From positions 62,001 through 126,000 of the IMG/VR virus record IMGVR_UViG_3300043570_001980: 64,000 nucleotides of DNA. One strand, 5' to 3'. Both the position numbers and the translations under genes were made by a program. The notes beneath the pieces are model-generated. The model was not told the DNA's origin, did no database searches, and was given only the letters and a program-made list of their open reading frames with translations. Below, in pieces: positions 18,773 to 27,274 of this stretch (within the stretch, counting starts at the first letter, position 1; every line of letters starts with the position of its first letter).

Positions 18773-20220
18773 TGAGAGCAACAGAGTTTATAGTTGAAAA
18801 CGCAGATCAAGCCGCAGTCAGTGCTTTGCAAAAAAAGCATGGCTGGTCTACGGGCACAACAGTCAATGGAGATCTTTACTTTACTTGGCAAGGGCTTACT
18901 TATGTGTTTTATGGTGAGCGTATGCGTATCAACGTCCCAAACACTGACCGCTCTATATCAGTTGTGTGGGGCAAGAAACCTGATTGGCAAGGCCGAGGCA
19001 ATGATGAAATTAGTTTTGCACAAGCAGTACAACGAAAAATTCTAAAATTTGACTTGTCAATTTGGCAACAATTGGACCGTGGTCAAATCAATGATAATCA
19101 AGCCCTGCAAAAATTCAAGGCCGAAAATGAACGGCAGGCTAGAGAAGCTCTTGCACAGGATACTACGGAAGGTCGAGAAAAGTTTAACCAGGCTGTGATG
19201 AAACCCGGTTTTGAGTTCAGTCAAGAAATCAACGGTGTCACGTATGAAGTAACAAATGATGAGGGCCCGGGTCCTGTGGTCACTGTAACTGACAAGAACA
19301 AAGAAGTAATTGCTCAAGCGGCATTCTGGAAGCACAAAACTCGTCCAGGATTAGAAAGCCTAAACACTTACGTTGAGCCCGAGTGGCAAGGTCAAGGCAT
19401 TGCCGCAAACATGTATGCTGTGATGCGCATGTTGGGTGCTAACATATCACCGTCTACCATTCAAACAGATGACGGCCAGGCCATGTGGGCCAAGTGGAGT
19501 AAACAAGGTGATGCTAAACATCTAAAGAATCTAAATCCCAAAATCAAAGAGCAAACAGTAACAGAAGGCAAGTTGAGTGTGGATGTACCCAACGAAGAAT
19601 GGTTGCAGGACAAGATTGACTATGCCAAGAGCAAAGGGCGTAACAGCTACGGTGTTCCTTACATGGGCAGTACCACTGCTGGGGTTGTTGGAACTCCACC
19701 TAGAGTGCGTGTAATGCGACTAGCTTCGTTGCCTGGTATGCGCAACGAACAAATGAATGTGCGCAAAAATGATCTAAAGTGGTTAATGGATTACATGGAA
19801 CGCACAGGTAAGTTGCCGCCCATGGGCAGTAATCCCAACGAGGAATACCTGCCCTACATCATGGTGGCCTACAATGGTGAAGCCTGGGTCAACGAAGGCA
19901 ATCATCGTATCATGGCTGCCTACAGATTAAACTGGCCCGACATGCCCATTGAAATACGTTACTTTGATGGTGGTGAAAGAATTGAATCAGGGCCAATGGC
20001 TCCGGGAAAGATTGGGCTGGGTACACCAGTGGCAGAATCTCATGAACAATGTCCTGAGTGTGGCGGAGCAATGTTCAGTGAATTAATGATCAACGAAAAA
20101 CAAGATGCCTGTTACTACAAAGTTAAAAGCCGTTACAAAGTATGGCCTAGTGCTTATGCCAGTGGTGCACTGGTGCAATGTCGTAAAAAAGGTGCGGCCA
20201 ATTGGGGGAACAAAAAATGA
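18772..20220 (+). CDS. Putative head-packaged polyprotein: GNAT acetyltransferase + ParB-like domain + Cys module
   Basis: Starts MRATEFIVE; YVEPEWQGQGIA (GNAT motif A); NEGNHRIMAA (ParB-like); junctions VTE-G and VAE-S. Confidence 0.7.
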   Translation: MRATEFIVENADQAAVSALQKKHGWSTGTTVNGDLYFTWQGLTYVFYGERMRINVPNTDRSISVVWGKKPDWQGRGNDEISFAQAVQRKILKFDLSIWQQLDRGQINDNQALQKFKAENERQAREALAQDTTEGREKFNQAVMKPGFEFSQEINGVTYEVTNDEGPGPVVTVTDKNKEVIAQAAFWKHKTRPGLESLNTYVEPEWQGQGIAANMYAVMRMLGANISPSTIQTDDGQAMWAKWSKQGDAKHLKNLNPKIKEQTVTEGKLSVDVPNEEWLQDKIDYAKSKGRNSYGVPYMGSTTAGVVGTPPRVRVMRLASLPGMRNEQMNVRKNDLKWLMDYMERTGKLPPMGSNPNEEYLPYIMVAYNGEAWVNEGNHRIMAAYRLNWPDMPIEIRYFDGGERIESGPMAPGKIGLGTPVAESHEQCPECGGAMFSELMINEKQDACYYKVKSRYKVWPSAYASGALVQCRKKGAANWGNKK

Positions 20221-21731
20221 GATATCGTGAAATATTAGAAGCCTGCTGGAAAGGCTATCACAAAGAAGGCATGAAAACCATGTTTGGCAAACGCTATCCC
20301 AACTGCGTGAAAAATACCAACGAAGAACTAGAAGAAGATCTACGCAAATGGTTCAAAGAGAAGTGGGTGCGTTTTGGTCCAGATGGCAAGATTCGTGGAG
20401 ATTGTGCCAGGGGTGATGATAGTGAAGGCAAGCCAAAATGTTTGCCACAAAGCAAGGCACACGGTCTAGGTAAAAAGGGTCGTGCAAGTGCGGCAAGTCG
20501 TAAGCGCAGACAAGATCCCAATCCAGAGCGTAGTGGTCCAGCAATCAATGTCAACACCAAGAAAAAATCAAACGAAGGTGCAGTTGGAGTTGGTTGGTCT
20601 CACAAGCCCGAAGCAATTGACAAGATTCATTCTTGGCAAAATTCAGAGACAGGTACAGATTCAAGAATGTTTCAGGGTTACAAAATGAAGTTCACTCCCA
20701 ATGGGATGTTTATCTACAAAGGTGGCGATGTGGTACATAAGCAGCCTGGAGATTTTTCAGACCCGACCAATAAAGACATCATGGCGGCTAAGAGAAGAAT
20801 AACAATGTTGATTAATAAAACGCAAGGCGTGGCGGAAGGCTCTGAGCAACAGTACGCCGTTACCATTGACGCAATCAATCACGGTGTGTTGGCACCTGTA
20901 ACAGTTGTTGCCGGCAGTTCAGAAGAAGCAAAACAAAAGGCCATTGCTGGTGTTAAAGCATCAATGATCAAGCGTGGATATGAATTAATGGTGCGTAGTG
21001 TATCAGCCAAGCCCGAACAAGGTGTGGCGGAAAACATGGACCACAGCAAAGATGGTCGCGCTGTGGAAGAACTCAAGGCAGCATTGATAGATCGCAAACA
21101 ACGATTACAGTCTGCCAGTGATGATCAAGTGTACGATAGCATTGACAAGATCATGACACGTATTGCAAAAACTCACAGCATCAGTGGACAGAAACTGCAT
21201 GACCTGTGGGTGGACCGGTACAAACAAGTACCTGATACATGGATCATGAACGAAGATGCCAGTGGTATAGATTTTGACATGCAGTTTGACGATGACACCG
21301 GGTCGTTTGCAACAGTGACCGCTCGAGCACAAGGCCGCACACTAGGTTCGGTCAAGTTCTTTATGGACGGAGATACCTTGGAAGCAGACATGGTAGAAGT
21401 GGATGACCGGTATCGTGGACAAGGCATTGCGGCGGCCATGTATGACTATGCCAAGAGCCAAGGTTATACAATAGAAAAAAGTTCGAATCTAACACCCGAT
21501 GGTGATCACTTCTGGAACAAAAATCGCGGAGAAGAAACTGTTTGGGAACAAGGCATGGCAGAGAACTTTGCCGACGGTAAGAATCCTGGACGCAAAGGCC
21601 TAGCCAAACGTGTGGGTGTGAACTGCAAACAACCTGTTGCCAAACTGCGTAGTATTGCTGCCAATTCATCAGGCGAACGACAACGAATGGCACATTGGTG
21701 TGCCAACATGAAATCAGGAAAGAAAAAATGA
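20217..21731 (+). CDS. Putative head-packaged polyprotein with a GNAT domain and small Cys/basic modules
   Basis: Starts MRYREILE; CWKGY...PNCVK; DLRKWFKEKWV; VEVDDRYRGQGIA; two QGVAE and one QGMAE. Confidence 0.7.
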   Translation: MRYREILEACWKGYHKEGMKTMFGKRYPNCVKNTNEELEEDLRKWFKEKWVRFGPDGKIRGDCARGDDSEGKPKCLPQSKAHGLGKKGRASAASRKRRQDPNPERSGPAINVNTKKKSNEGAVGVGWSHKPEAIDKIHSWQNSETGTDSRMFQGYKMKFTPNGMFIYKGGDVVHKQPGDFSDPTNKDIMAAKRRITMLINKTQGVAEGSEQQYAVTIDAINHGVLAPVTVVAGSSEEAKQKAIAGVKASMIKRGYELMVRSVSAKPEQGVAENMDHSKDGRAVEELKAALIDRKQRLQSASDDQVYDSIDKIMTRIAKTHSISGQKLHDLWVDRYKQVPDTWIMNEDASGIDFDMQFDDDTGSFATVTARAQGRTLGSVKFFMDGDTLEADMVEVDDRYRGQGIAAAMYDYAKSQGYTIEKSSNLTPDGDHFWNKNRGEETVWEQGMAENFADGKNPGRKGLAKRVGVNCKQPVAKLRSIAANSSGERQRMAHWCANMKSGKKK

Positions 21732-22132
21732 GAAATTTTATTAATCTACTGGAAGCTATAGAAAAAGGCTGCCCGCTTGCTACACAAAGCATTGAACTAA
21801 ATTTAAAAAATCGTCAAAAAGCCATAGACGAATACCATTATGGACCTCTCAATCCCAACGAGCCCAACGATGAATATTGGGAAGAATTAGCAGACAAATG
21901 GAACACAAATGACATTAAATCAGTAAAACAAAACCGCTGTGGGAATTGTGCAGCCTTTGACATTTCTGAATCCATGCAAGATTGTATTGCAAAAGGCATT
22001 GGTGAGGAACCAGGGTCAGATCCACACGATACAATAGATGCTGGGCAACTAGGATATTGTAAGTTTTTGAAATTTAAATGTGCCGCCAAACGAACTTGCG
22101 ATGCCTGGGTAGAAGGCGGCCCTGTTACATGA
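21728..22132 (+). CDS. Cys-rich hypothetical protein with an IP-like propeptide
   Basis: MRNFINLLE-A; CGNCAAF, YCKFLKFKC, TCDAW. Confidence 0.6.
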   Translation: MRNFINLLEAIEKGCPLATQSIELNLKNRQKAIDEYHYGPLNPNEPNDEYWEELADKWNTNDIKSVKQNRCGNCAAFDISESMQDCIAKGIGEEPGSDPHDTIDAGQLGYCKFLKFKCAAKRTCDAWVEGGPVT

Positions 22133-22275
22133 AATTTGGTCGTAAAAAATAATGTCAGCATCTTCAAAATCTATTTTATTAGTAGGATGCTTGTTTAGCG
22201 ATTATTGCGGATTTGGAGAGATCATTGGAAATCATAAGTAATCAATAAAGATTGCCTTTGCAAATAGGAAAAAAA

Positions 22276-23769
22276 ATGAGATTTAACGAACTTCAAGAAA
22301 CTACCCTAGGCGGATTTAAAGTAAAACCGTTGCATATTGAGAACACCGGTGTTAGTGAAGAGCTTGAGCATAACTTTGACAAACACATAGTTGCGGTCAC
22401 TGTCAGTGATCCTCACAGTTCAGCTGTGACACAACGTCAAGAACTAAAACAACGCAAGGCCAAGGTACGTGCATTAGATCGTGAATCTGCTGTTAATACT
22501 GCTGTCAATTGGTATCGTAAACAAGGCTACAAAGTACACGATCATCACTACATTGGCACAGATAACGGTATTGCCGAAGGCTCTGTAACTAAAAAGCCGC
22601 AACCCTATAATGACCCCAATTGGTCCAAAAACTTACCTAAAGAAAAATTAGATGCATTGGCTGGACCAAGATATAAAAAAGATAAAAAAGACAAAGGTGT
22701 AGCCGAAGCAATCAAGTTAAATGCGCCACAACGCACAATACCACGTGATGAATTGCAGGGCTATGCTGACCGTATCAAGACTGGCACCAAAACCAAACGT
22801 GACAAGTTTAGCCCTATCATTCACGGCAGCAATATCAAGGCCATTACCAAAGATGATGAGAACACTGAGTGGGACTTGGATGATTTGTCCAAGCAGATTA
22901 CCACACGTCCCCGGGCCATACTTGGCACTAATGCCAAAATGGAAAAGTCTAAAACTGAAGGCGAAATCATTTATGACCTGACATTGCCTGCACTATCAGG
23001 TATTGTTGTGGATGAAGATACTGGCGACTTTGTGGAAATTACCACATGCCCGGGTGCTGGTGCTTGCCAACTATTCTGTTATGCTAGAAAAGGTGGCTAT
23101 GTTATGTTCCCTGCTAGCAGTATGAGTGCGGCGCAGGCACTAAACTTCCTGGTCAATGACCCTGAAGGTTATACTGCCAGAGTCAATCAAGAAATCAAAA
23201 CAATCAAAGCCAAAACAGACAAAGCTGGTGTACAGTTAGTTGTTCGTTGGCACGATGCTGGTGATTTCTTCTCCAAGGAGTATTTGGATCTAGCATATGG
23301 TGTTGCCCAATCCAATCCTGATGTGCAGTTTTATGCCTACACCAAGATGGGCGATGTTGCCACAGGTGCCGCACCTGCTAACTTTACCATGAACTTTTCA
23401 TCAGGCAGCAAGCGTGGTGAAGAAAAGAAAGTGGAATTCTACAAACAACAAAACCCTGGTGCCACAGTCAAGCAAGGTGTTACTGTTCCCAAGGACATGT
23501 TCTTTGATCTAATTGCACGTAAAGGCACTAGCTTGATCAAAGACGCCAAGGGTCGCACACAATTTGCCAGCCCCGAAGCACTTGACACATTTAAGCAACG
23601 TATTGCACAACAGTACAAGGTTGCTCCTGATTCAATTATTACCTACGATCAAATGCTAGCAACTCCAGTGGGCACAGAGCCCAAGTGGAATGTTATTGTA
23701 CAACCGGGTGCTGGTGACCGTGCAGCCAATCGCAAGGATGTAATTGACAGTTACTTGATGTTCCACTGA
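22276..23769 (+). CDS. Putative head-packaged polyprotein with a C-terminal Gp88-like domain
   Basis: MRFNELQE-T; GIAE-G and GVAE-A junctions; TCPGAGAC..FCYA, VRWHDAGDF, FYAYTK. Confidence 0.6.
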   Translation: MRFNELQETTLGGFKVKPLHIENTGVSEELEHNFDKHIVAVTVSDPHSSAVTQRQELKQRKAKVRALDRESAVNTAVNWYRKQGYKVHDHHYIGTDNGIAEGSVTKKPQPYNDPNWSKNLPKEKLDALAGPRYKKDKKDKGVAEAIKLNAPQRTIPRDELQGYADRIKTGTKTKRDKFSPIIHGSNIKAITKDDENTEWDLDDLSKQITTRPRAILGTNAKMEKSKTEGEIIYDLTLPALSGIVVDEDTGDFVEITTCPGAGACQLFCYARKGGYVMFPASSMSAAQALNFLVNDPEGYTARVNQEIKTIKAKTDKAGVQLVVRWHDAGDFFSKEYLDLAYGVAQSNPDVQFYAYTKMGDVATGAAPANFTMNFSSGSKRGEEKKVEFYKQQNPGATVKQGVTVPKDMFFDLIARKGTSLIKDAKGRTQFASPEALDTFKQRIAQQYKVAPDSIITYDQMLATPVGTEPKWNVIVQPGAGDRAANRKDVIDSYLMFH

Positions 23770-23770
23770 T

Positions 23771-23971
23771 ATGCGCTACAACGAAATCAAGCCTGTTAAA
23801 ACCAAGATGAAAACCTATGTTGTAAAGATAAAATTACAGCAAACAGGCTACACCAATATCATCGACACCACAGTGATGGCTCGCACACCAGAAATGGCTC
23901 GTAGACTACTCCGACAACAATACAACAACAAGCATGTGGTTGTTGGACAGCCAAAAGAACTCAAAGTTTAG
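23771..23971 (+). CDS. Small basic hypothetical protein
   Basis: MRYNEI start; coupled to the upstream gene. Confidence 0.55.
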   Translation: MRYNEIKPVKTKMKTYVVKIKLQQTGYTNIIDTTVMARTPEMARRLLRQQYNNKHVVVGQPKELKV

Positions 23972-23998
23972 TTCAGTTAACGCCCAACTAAATACTGG

Positions 23999-24298
23999 GT
24001 GAAAAAACAATTTGTAAAAGCTTTTTTTGATTTACATTGCGACTGGCAAGGATTACCACCTTCCTATCGAATCTACGTCAACGATGAATTATTTGCTGAA
24101 CGTACATTCTATTGGGAAAATGAATACCTAAAAGAAATACTGCAAATAGAAGCACCGGCAGGAATGTACACAGTTAAGTTTGAGCCGCTAAAGCCCAACT
24201 TGGCCACGTTCCAGATGGAAAATTATGGAATTGAACACGGATCGGCTCGCTGGGTTGATCAACAAACCTTGGAGATTATATTCGATGCGACTACGTGA
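23999..24298 (+). CDS. Hypothetical protein
   Basis: GTG start 5 nt after CTAAATA (23988). Confidence 0.5.
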   Translation: MKKQFVKAFFDLHCDWQGLPPSYRIYVNDELFAERTFYWENEYLKEILQIEAPAGMYTVKFEPLKPNLATFQMENYGIEHGSARWVDQQTLEIIFDATT

Positions 24299-24452
24299 AA
24301 TAACTGAAAGTATGGGCGGCACATGCTCAGGCGGTATTGCTACTGTGGCTCAACCAATGGGCGAAGTGATAACTAGGACTAAGAGTACTAAACCGGCTAA
24401 ATATGCTAATAGCGCACAAAAAATGGTGCCTGTAAAACCTAGGAAAAAATAA
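24285..24452 (+). CDS. Small basic protein with an IP-like propeptide
   Basis: MRLREITE-S start at ATG 24285. Confidence 0.55.
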   Translation: MRLREITESMGGTCSGGIATVAQPMGEVITRTKSTKPAKYANSAQKMVPVKPRKK

Positions 24453-24892
24453 TGTTATCGGACGATTTAAAGACCTTGCTGGCCACACAATATGCTTTGA
24501 GTATCAAAGCACAGAATTTTCACTGGAATGTGGAAGGTCCTGACTTTGCTCAATACCACGACTTCTTTGCCAACTTCTATGAAGAGGTTTACAGCGCAGT
24601 TGATCGAATCGCTGAATACATTCGCACCTTGCAAGAATACAGCCCGGGAAGTTTTGAGCGTTTTCAAGAACTGTCTATTATACAAGGACAAACAAAGATC
24701 CCACGTGCTCGATTGATGATTGAAGAATTGCTGTCAGACAACGGCGCCCTAATTGATCTGTTGAATCAGACATTTGTCAGTGCTGAACAAGAAAACAACC
24801 AGGGCATTGCCAACTTCATTGCTGAACGCTTGGACGCACAGGCCAAGCATGGCTGGATGCTGAGAAGTTTCTTAAAAGGCGACCGGGCATGA
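24452..24892 (+). CDS. dps: Dps / DNA-binding ferritin-like protein
   Basis: KAQNFHWNVEGPDF..HDFF...Y...D.IAEYIR, and C-terminal KHGWML. Confidence 0.92.
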   Translation: MLSDDLKTLLATQYALSIKAQNFHWNVEGPDFAQYHDFFANFYEEVYSAVDRIAEYIRTLQEYSPGSFERFQELSIIQGQTKIPRARLMIEELLSDNGALIDLLNQTFVSAEQENNQGIANFIAERLDAQAKHGWMLRSFLKGDRA

Positions 24893-25482
24893 GCGATTTA
24901 AAAGATATTTTAGCAAAGCTAGATAAAATTGCCGAGGGAGACATTACTCCCGTGAATGTTAAATCTGGACTTAATAAACAACAAAGGCGAGTACCTGAAC
25001 TTCCTGCGCTGTTCAAGCCAAGAAGTATCAATGTATTAACCAATAAAACCGATCCTGAGCATCCTACCAAGGGATACTTTGTTGGCTCAGAAAGTGTTGA
25101 ACAAGACGAAGATCAAGAAACCATCGCCGAAGTGGTCACATCCGAAGATGTAGTCAGCACAGTGAAGAAAAAACTAGGCGATTACCTAGCTGACCTTTCA
25201 AAAGAAATCAAGTCAGACTCTGATCTCAAGGACAAGATTCCACAAGAAGTTGATCAAATTGGTTCTTCAGTTAGAACTATTACCACAGACGACGGTCAAG
25301 AAATTAAAATCCACGGCAACGAGGATGATGGTTTCAGAATTACAATTAAAAACAAACCACATAGTGCAAAGTTTGAATCACTCAAACATGCCGAGATGGC
25401 CTGCGAAATGTACTGCTCACGTCGTAGAGCACGTACTATGGAAACTTCACAGGCCACACCTGATTACCTGGATGAAGCATAA
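24889..25482 (+). CDS. Hypothetical acidic protein, putative head-packaged
   Basis: KIAE-G, TIAE-V, ends YLDEA. Confidence 0.55.
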   Translation: MSDLKDILAKLDKIAEGDITPVNVKSGLNKQQRRVPELPALFKPRSINVLTNKTDPEHPTKGYFVGSESVEQDEDQETIAEVVTSEDVVSTVKKKLGDYLADLSKEIKSDSDLKDKIPQEVDQIGSSVRTITTDDGQEIKIHGNEDDGFRITIKNKPHSAKFESLKHAEMACEMYCSRRRARTMETSQATPDYLDEA

Positions 25483-27164
25483 TGAATCTCAATAACTTAT
25501 TCGAAGCTGCCAACCCGGCGCAACAAGCTGCCATTGCTATAGCAAAGAAAAAAGCTGGTGAAAAACCCAAGAACAAAGGCCTGACTGAATTTGCTCCACC
25601 CGGTGGGAACAACGGTGATTCGGGACGCTGGTACACAGATGACGAGCTGGCAGACATCATTGGTGATGATTGGTTTGAAGATTTTGATGTCAGCAACGAT
25701 GGATTTAACATTGATGCATACGGCGAAAAGGCCAAGAAGAATTTAGTGGGCTATGCCAACTCATGGTTTGATGACAAAGGTTACAATGTTAACGTAATGG
25801 GTGTAGAACATAATGATGTTGACCATGATTTAAAATGGTACATTGTTGGTAGTTTCCAGAATGATAATTTTGCAGGTAAAGATGTAGACGAAGGCTTGGG
25901 TTCCAAGTTAGCTGGATTAGGTCTTGCTGGAGCAATGGCTCTTGGCTCAGCAGGCGCCAATGCCAGAGTTACTCCTGATGGCCAAGGCGGTTTCACTGGC
26001 GGGCTAAAGCCAAGTACAACAGTGACAGCACCTGCTGATAATAAACCGGCCGCAGAAGCACCAAAAGGATTTAGCAAAGAATATCTACAAAAGGCAGCAG
26101 ACCCAAATAGATTTGGTAGATACATGATCAGTGTTGAAAAAGCACAAGAATTGCTGAAGAACATGCAAGAAGCTGTAGCGGAAGGTTCACAGCGAGTTGA
26201 TTCACTTGTGACCGACGCACTAAAAATAATGCAGGGTTCAGACGTAAATGATGCTGTACGAGCTCTAAAGACTGTGCTTGGAGATAGAGAATACAACGGC
26301 CGCCGTGGTCATTACAATTTCTATGTTCGACAACTGATGGATATGTATGGCCAGCAAGGTGTAACAGAAGCTGGTTACAGAAACTACGATGACAATCGCA
26401 CAGGTTTTGGTAAGAATTCACAAGCATATCGTGCTGATGGTGGTGCCAACGATGAAGATCACGAAAGCGATCGTCGCCGTGAACAACAAGTGCAGTCCGG
26501 TACATGGTACATTCGTCTCAATGGAAAAATCATCAAAGACAAACAAGGCAATCCTTATTCATTCCGCGGTAAGGCTGCCGCAAACAAAGCCGCACTAACA
26601 ATGCAGGCTAAACTGTTCAATCAGGGCAAAGAGTTTATGTTGACTACCAATCCCAACGATAACCCTCAAGGTGTGGCGGAAGGCTGGAAAGATGTTGTTG
26701 CAGGTAGTGCAATGGCATTAAGTTCACTAGGTGTTGGCGCTCAAACAATGCCAAGCATGAATGGTCAACAAGTAGAATTAGCAAACAAATATTTTCAGGT
26801 CTTAGTGCAACGAGCAAAAGAAGATGGTAGAGAATTAGACACAAGAACATTGAATGTGTTGAAGGCAAAGGCACAAGATGCGGCTGCACAAAAGATGCAA
26901 CAATCTAAGAAATCACAAACTAATTTTCCAAGTCAAGGCAGTGAGCGTAGAGTTTCTAAAGATATAGGTACTTTTGAATCGCAAGGCGTGGCAGAAGGCC
27001 CTGCTGTAGACGCATACATGGCAGGCAAGAGTCCGGCACTGGCTCACTTTGCTGATCAACTAGATAAGAGTACTGAAGTAAATTTTCAGAAAAACAAAGG
27101 TGTAGCGGAAGGTCAACGAAGCGGCTACGGTCGCGGCTACGCTAGTTATAAATCCAGCAAGTAA
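25482..27164 (+). CDS. Putative head-packaged polyprotein with multiple GVAE junctions and internal signal-peptide-like segments
   Basis: MNLNNLFE-A; GLTE-F, VDE-G, AVAE-G, QGVTE-A, two QGVAE-G, KGVAE-G. Confidence 0.7.
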   Translation: MNLNNLFEAANPAQQAAIAIAKKKAGEKPKNKGLTEFAPPGGNNGDSGRWYTDDELADIIGDDWFEDFDVSNDGFNIDAYGEKAKKNLVGYANSWFDDKGYNVNVMGVEHNDVDHDLKWYIVGSFQNDNFAGKDVDEGLGSKLAGLGLAGAMALGSAGANARVTPDGQGGFTGGLKPSTTVTAPADNKPAAEAPKGFSKEYLQKAADPNRFGRYMISVEKAQELLKNMQEAVAEGSQRVDSLVTDALKIMQGSDVNDAVRALKTVLGDREYNGRRGHYNFYVRQLMDMYGQQGVTEAGYRNYDDNRTGFGKNSQAYRADGGANDEDHESDRRREQQVQSGTWYIRLNGKIIKDKQGNPYSFRGKAAANKAALTMQAKLFNQGKEFMLTTNPNDNPQGVAEGWKDVVAGSAMALSSLGVGAQTMPSMNGQQVELANKYFQVLVQRAKEDGRELDTRTLNVLKAKAQDAAAQKMQQSKKSQTNFPSQGSERRVSKDIGTFESQGVAEGPAVDAYMAGKSPALAHFADQLDKSTEVNFQKNKGVAEGQRSGYGRGYASYKSSK

Positions 27165-27168
27165 ATCA

Positions 27169-27249
27169 ATGCAAAACAACGAGTACCCAGTGTATCCTGA
27201 ACAAGAGGGCGAATGGGATCGCCCTCTCAATCCCCACAGCCCAGTATAA
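27169..27249 (+). CDS. Putative 26-aa micropeptide
   Basis: MQNNEYPVYPEQEGEWDRPLNPHSPV, directly after the 25482..27164 stop. Confidence 0.4.
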   Translation: MQNNEYPVYPEQEGEWDRPLNPHSPV

Positions 27250-27274
27250 ATTATCAACTACTTTTTTTAAGAAC

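Larger units (their letters stand above)
20823..27113 (+). repeat. Dispersed 15-18 nt repeat family (C/A)AAGG(T/C)GT(G/A)GCNGAAGG encoding (Q/K)GVAE(G)
   Basis: Copies at 20823, 21018, 21549, 22693, 26166, 26355, 26667, 26982 and 27096. The 21018 and 26667 copies share an identical 15-mer. Confidence 0.85.

Noticed and set aside
20823-27113. CRISPR array or Chi sites from the GVAE repeats
   Set aside because: Repeats are short, in-frame, irregularly spaced within ORFs, with no cas genes, and are not GCTGGTGG.
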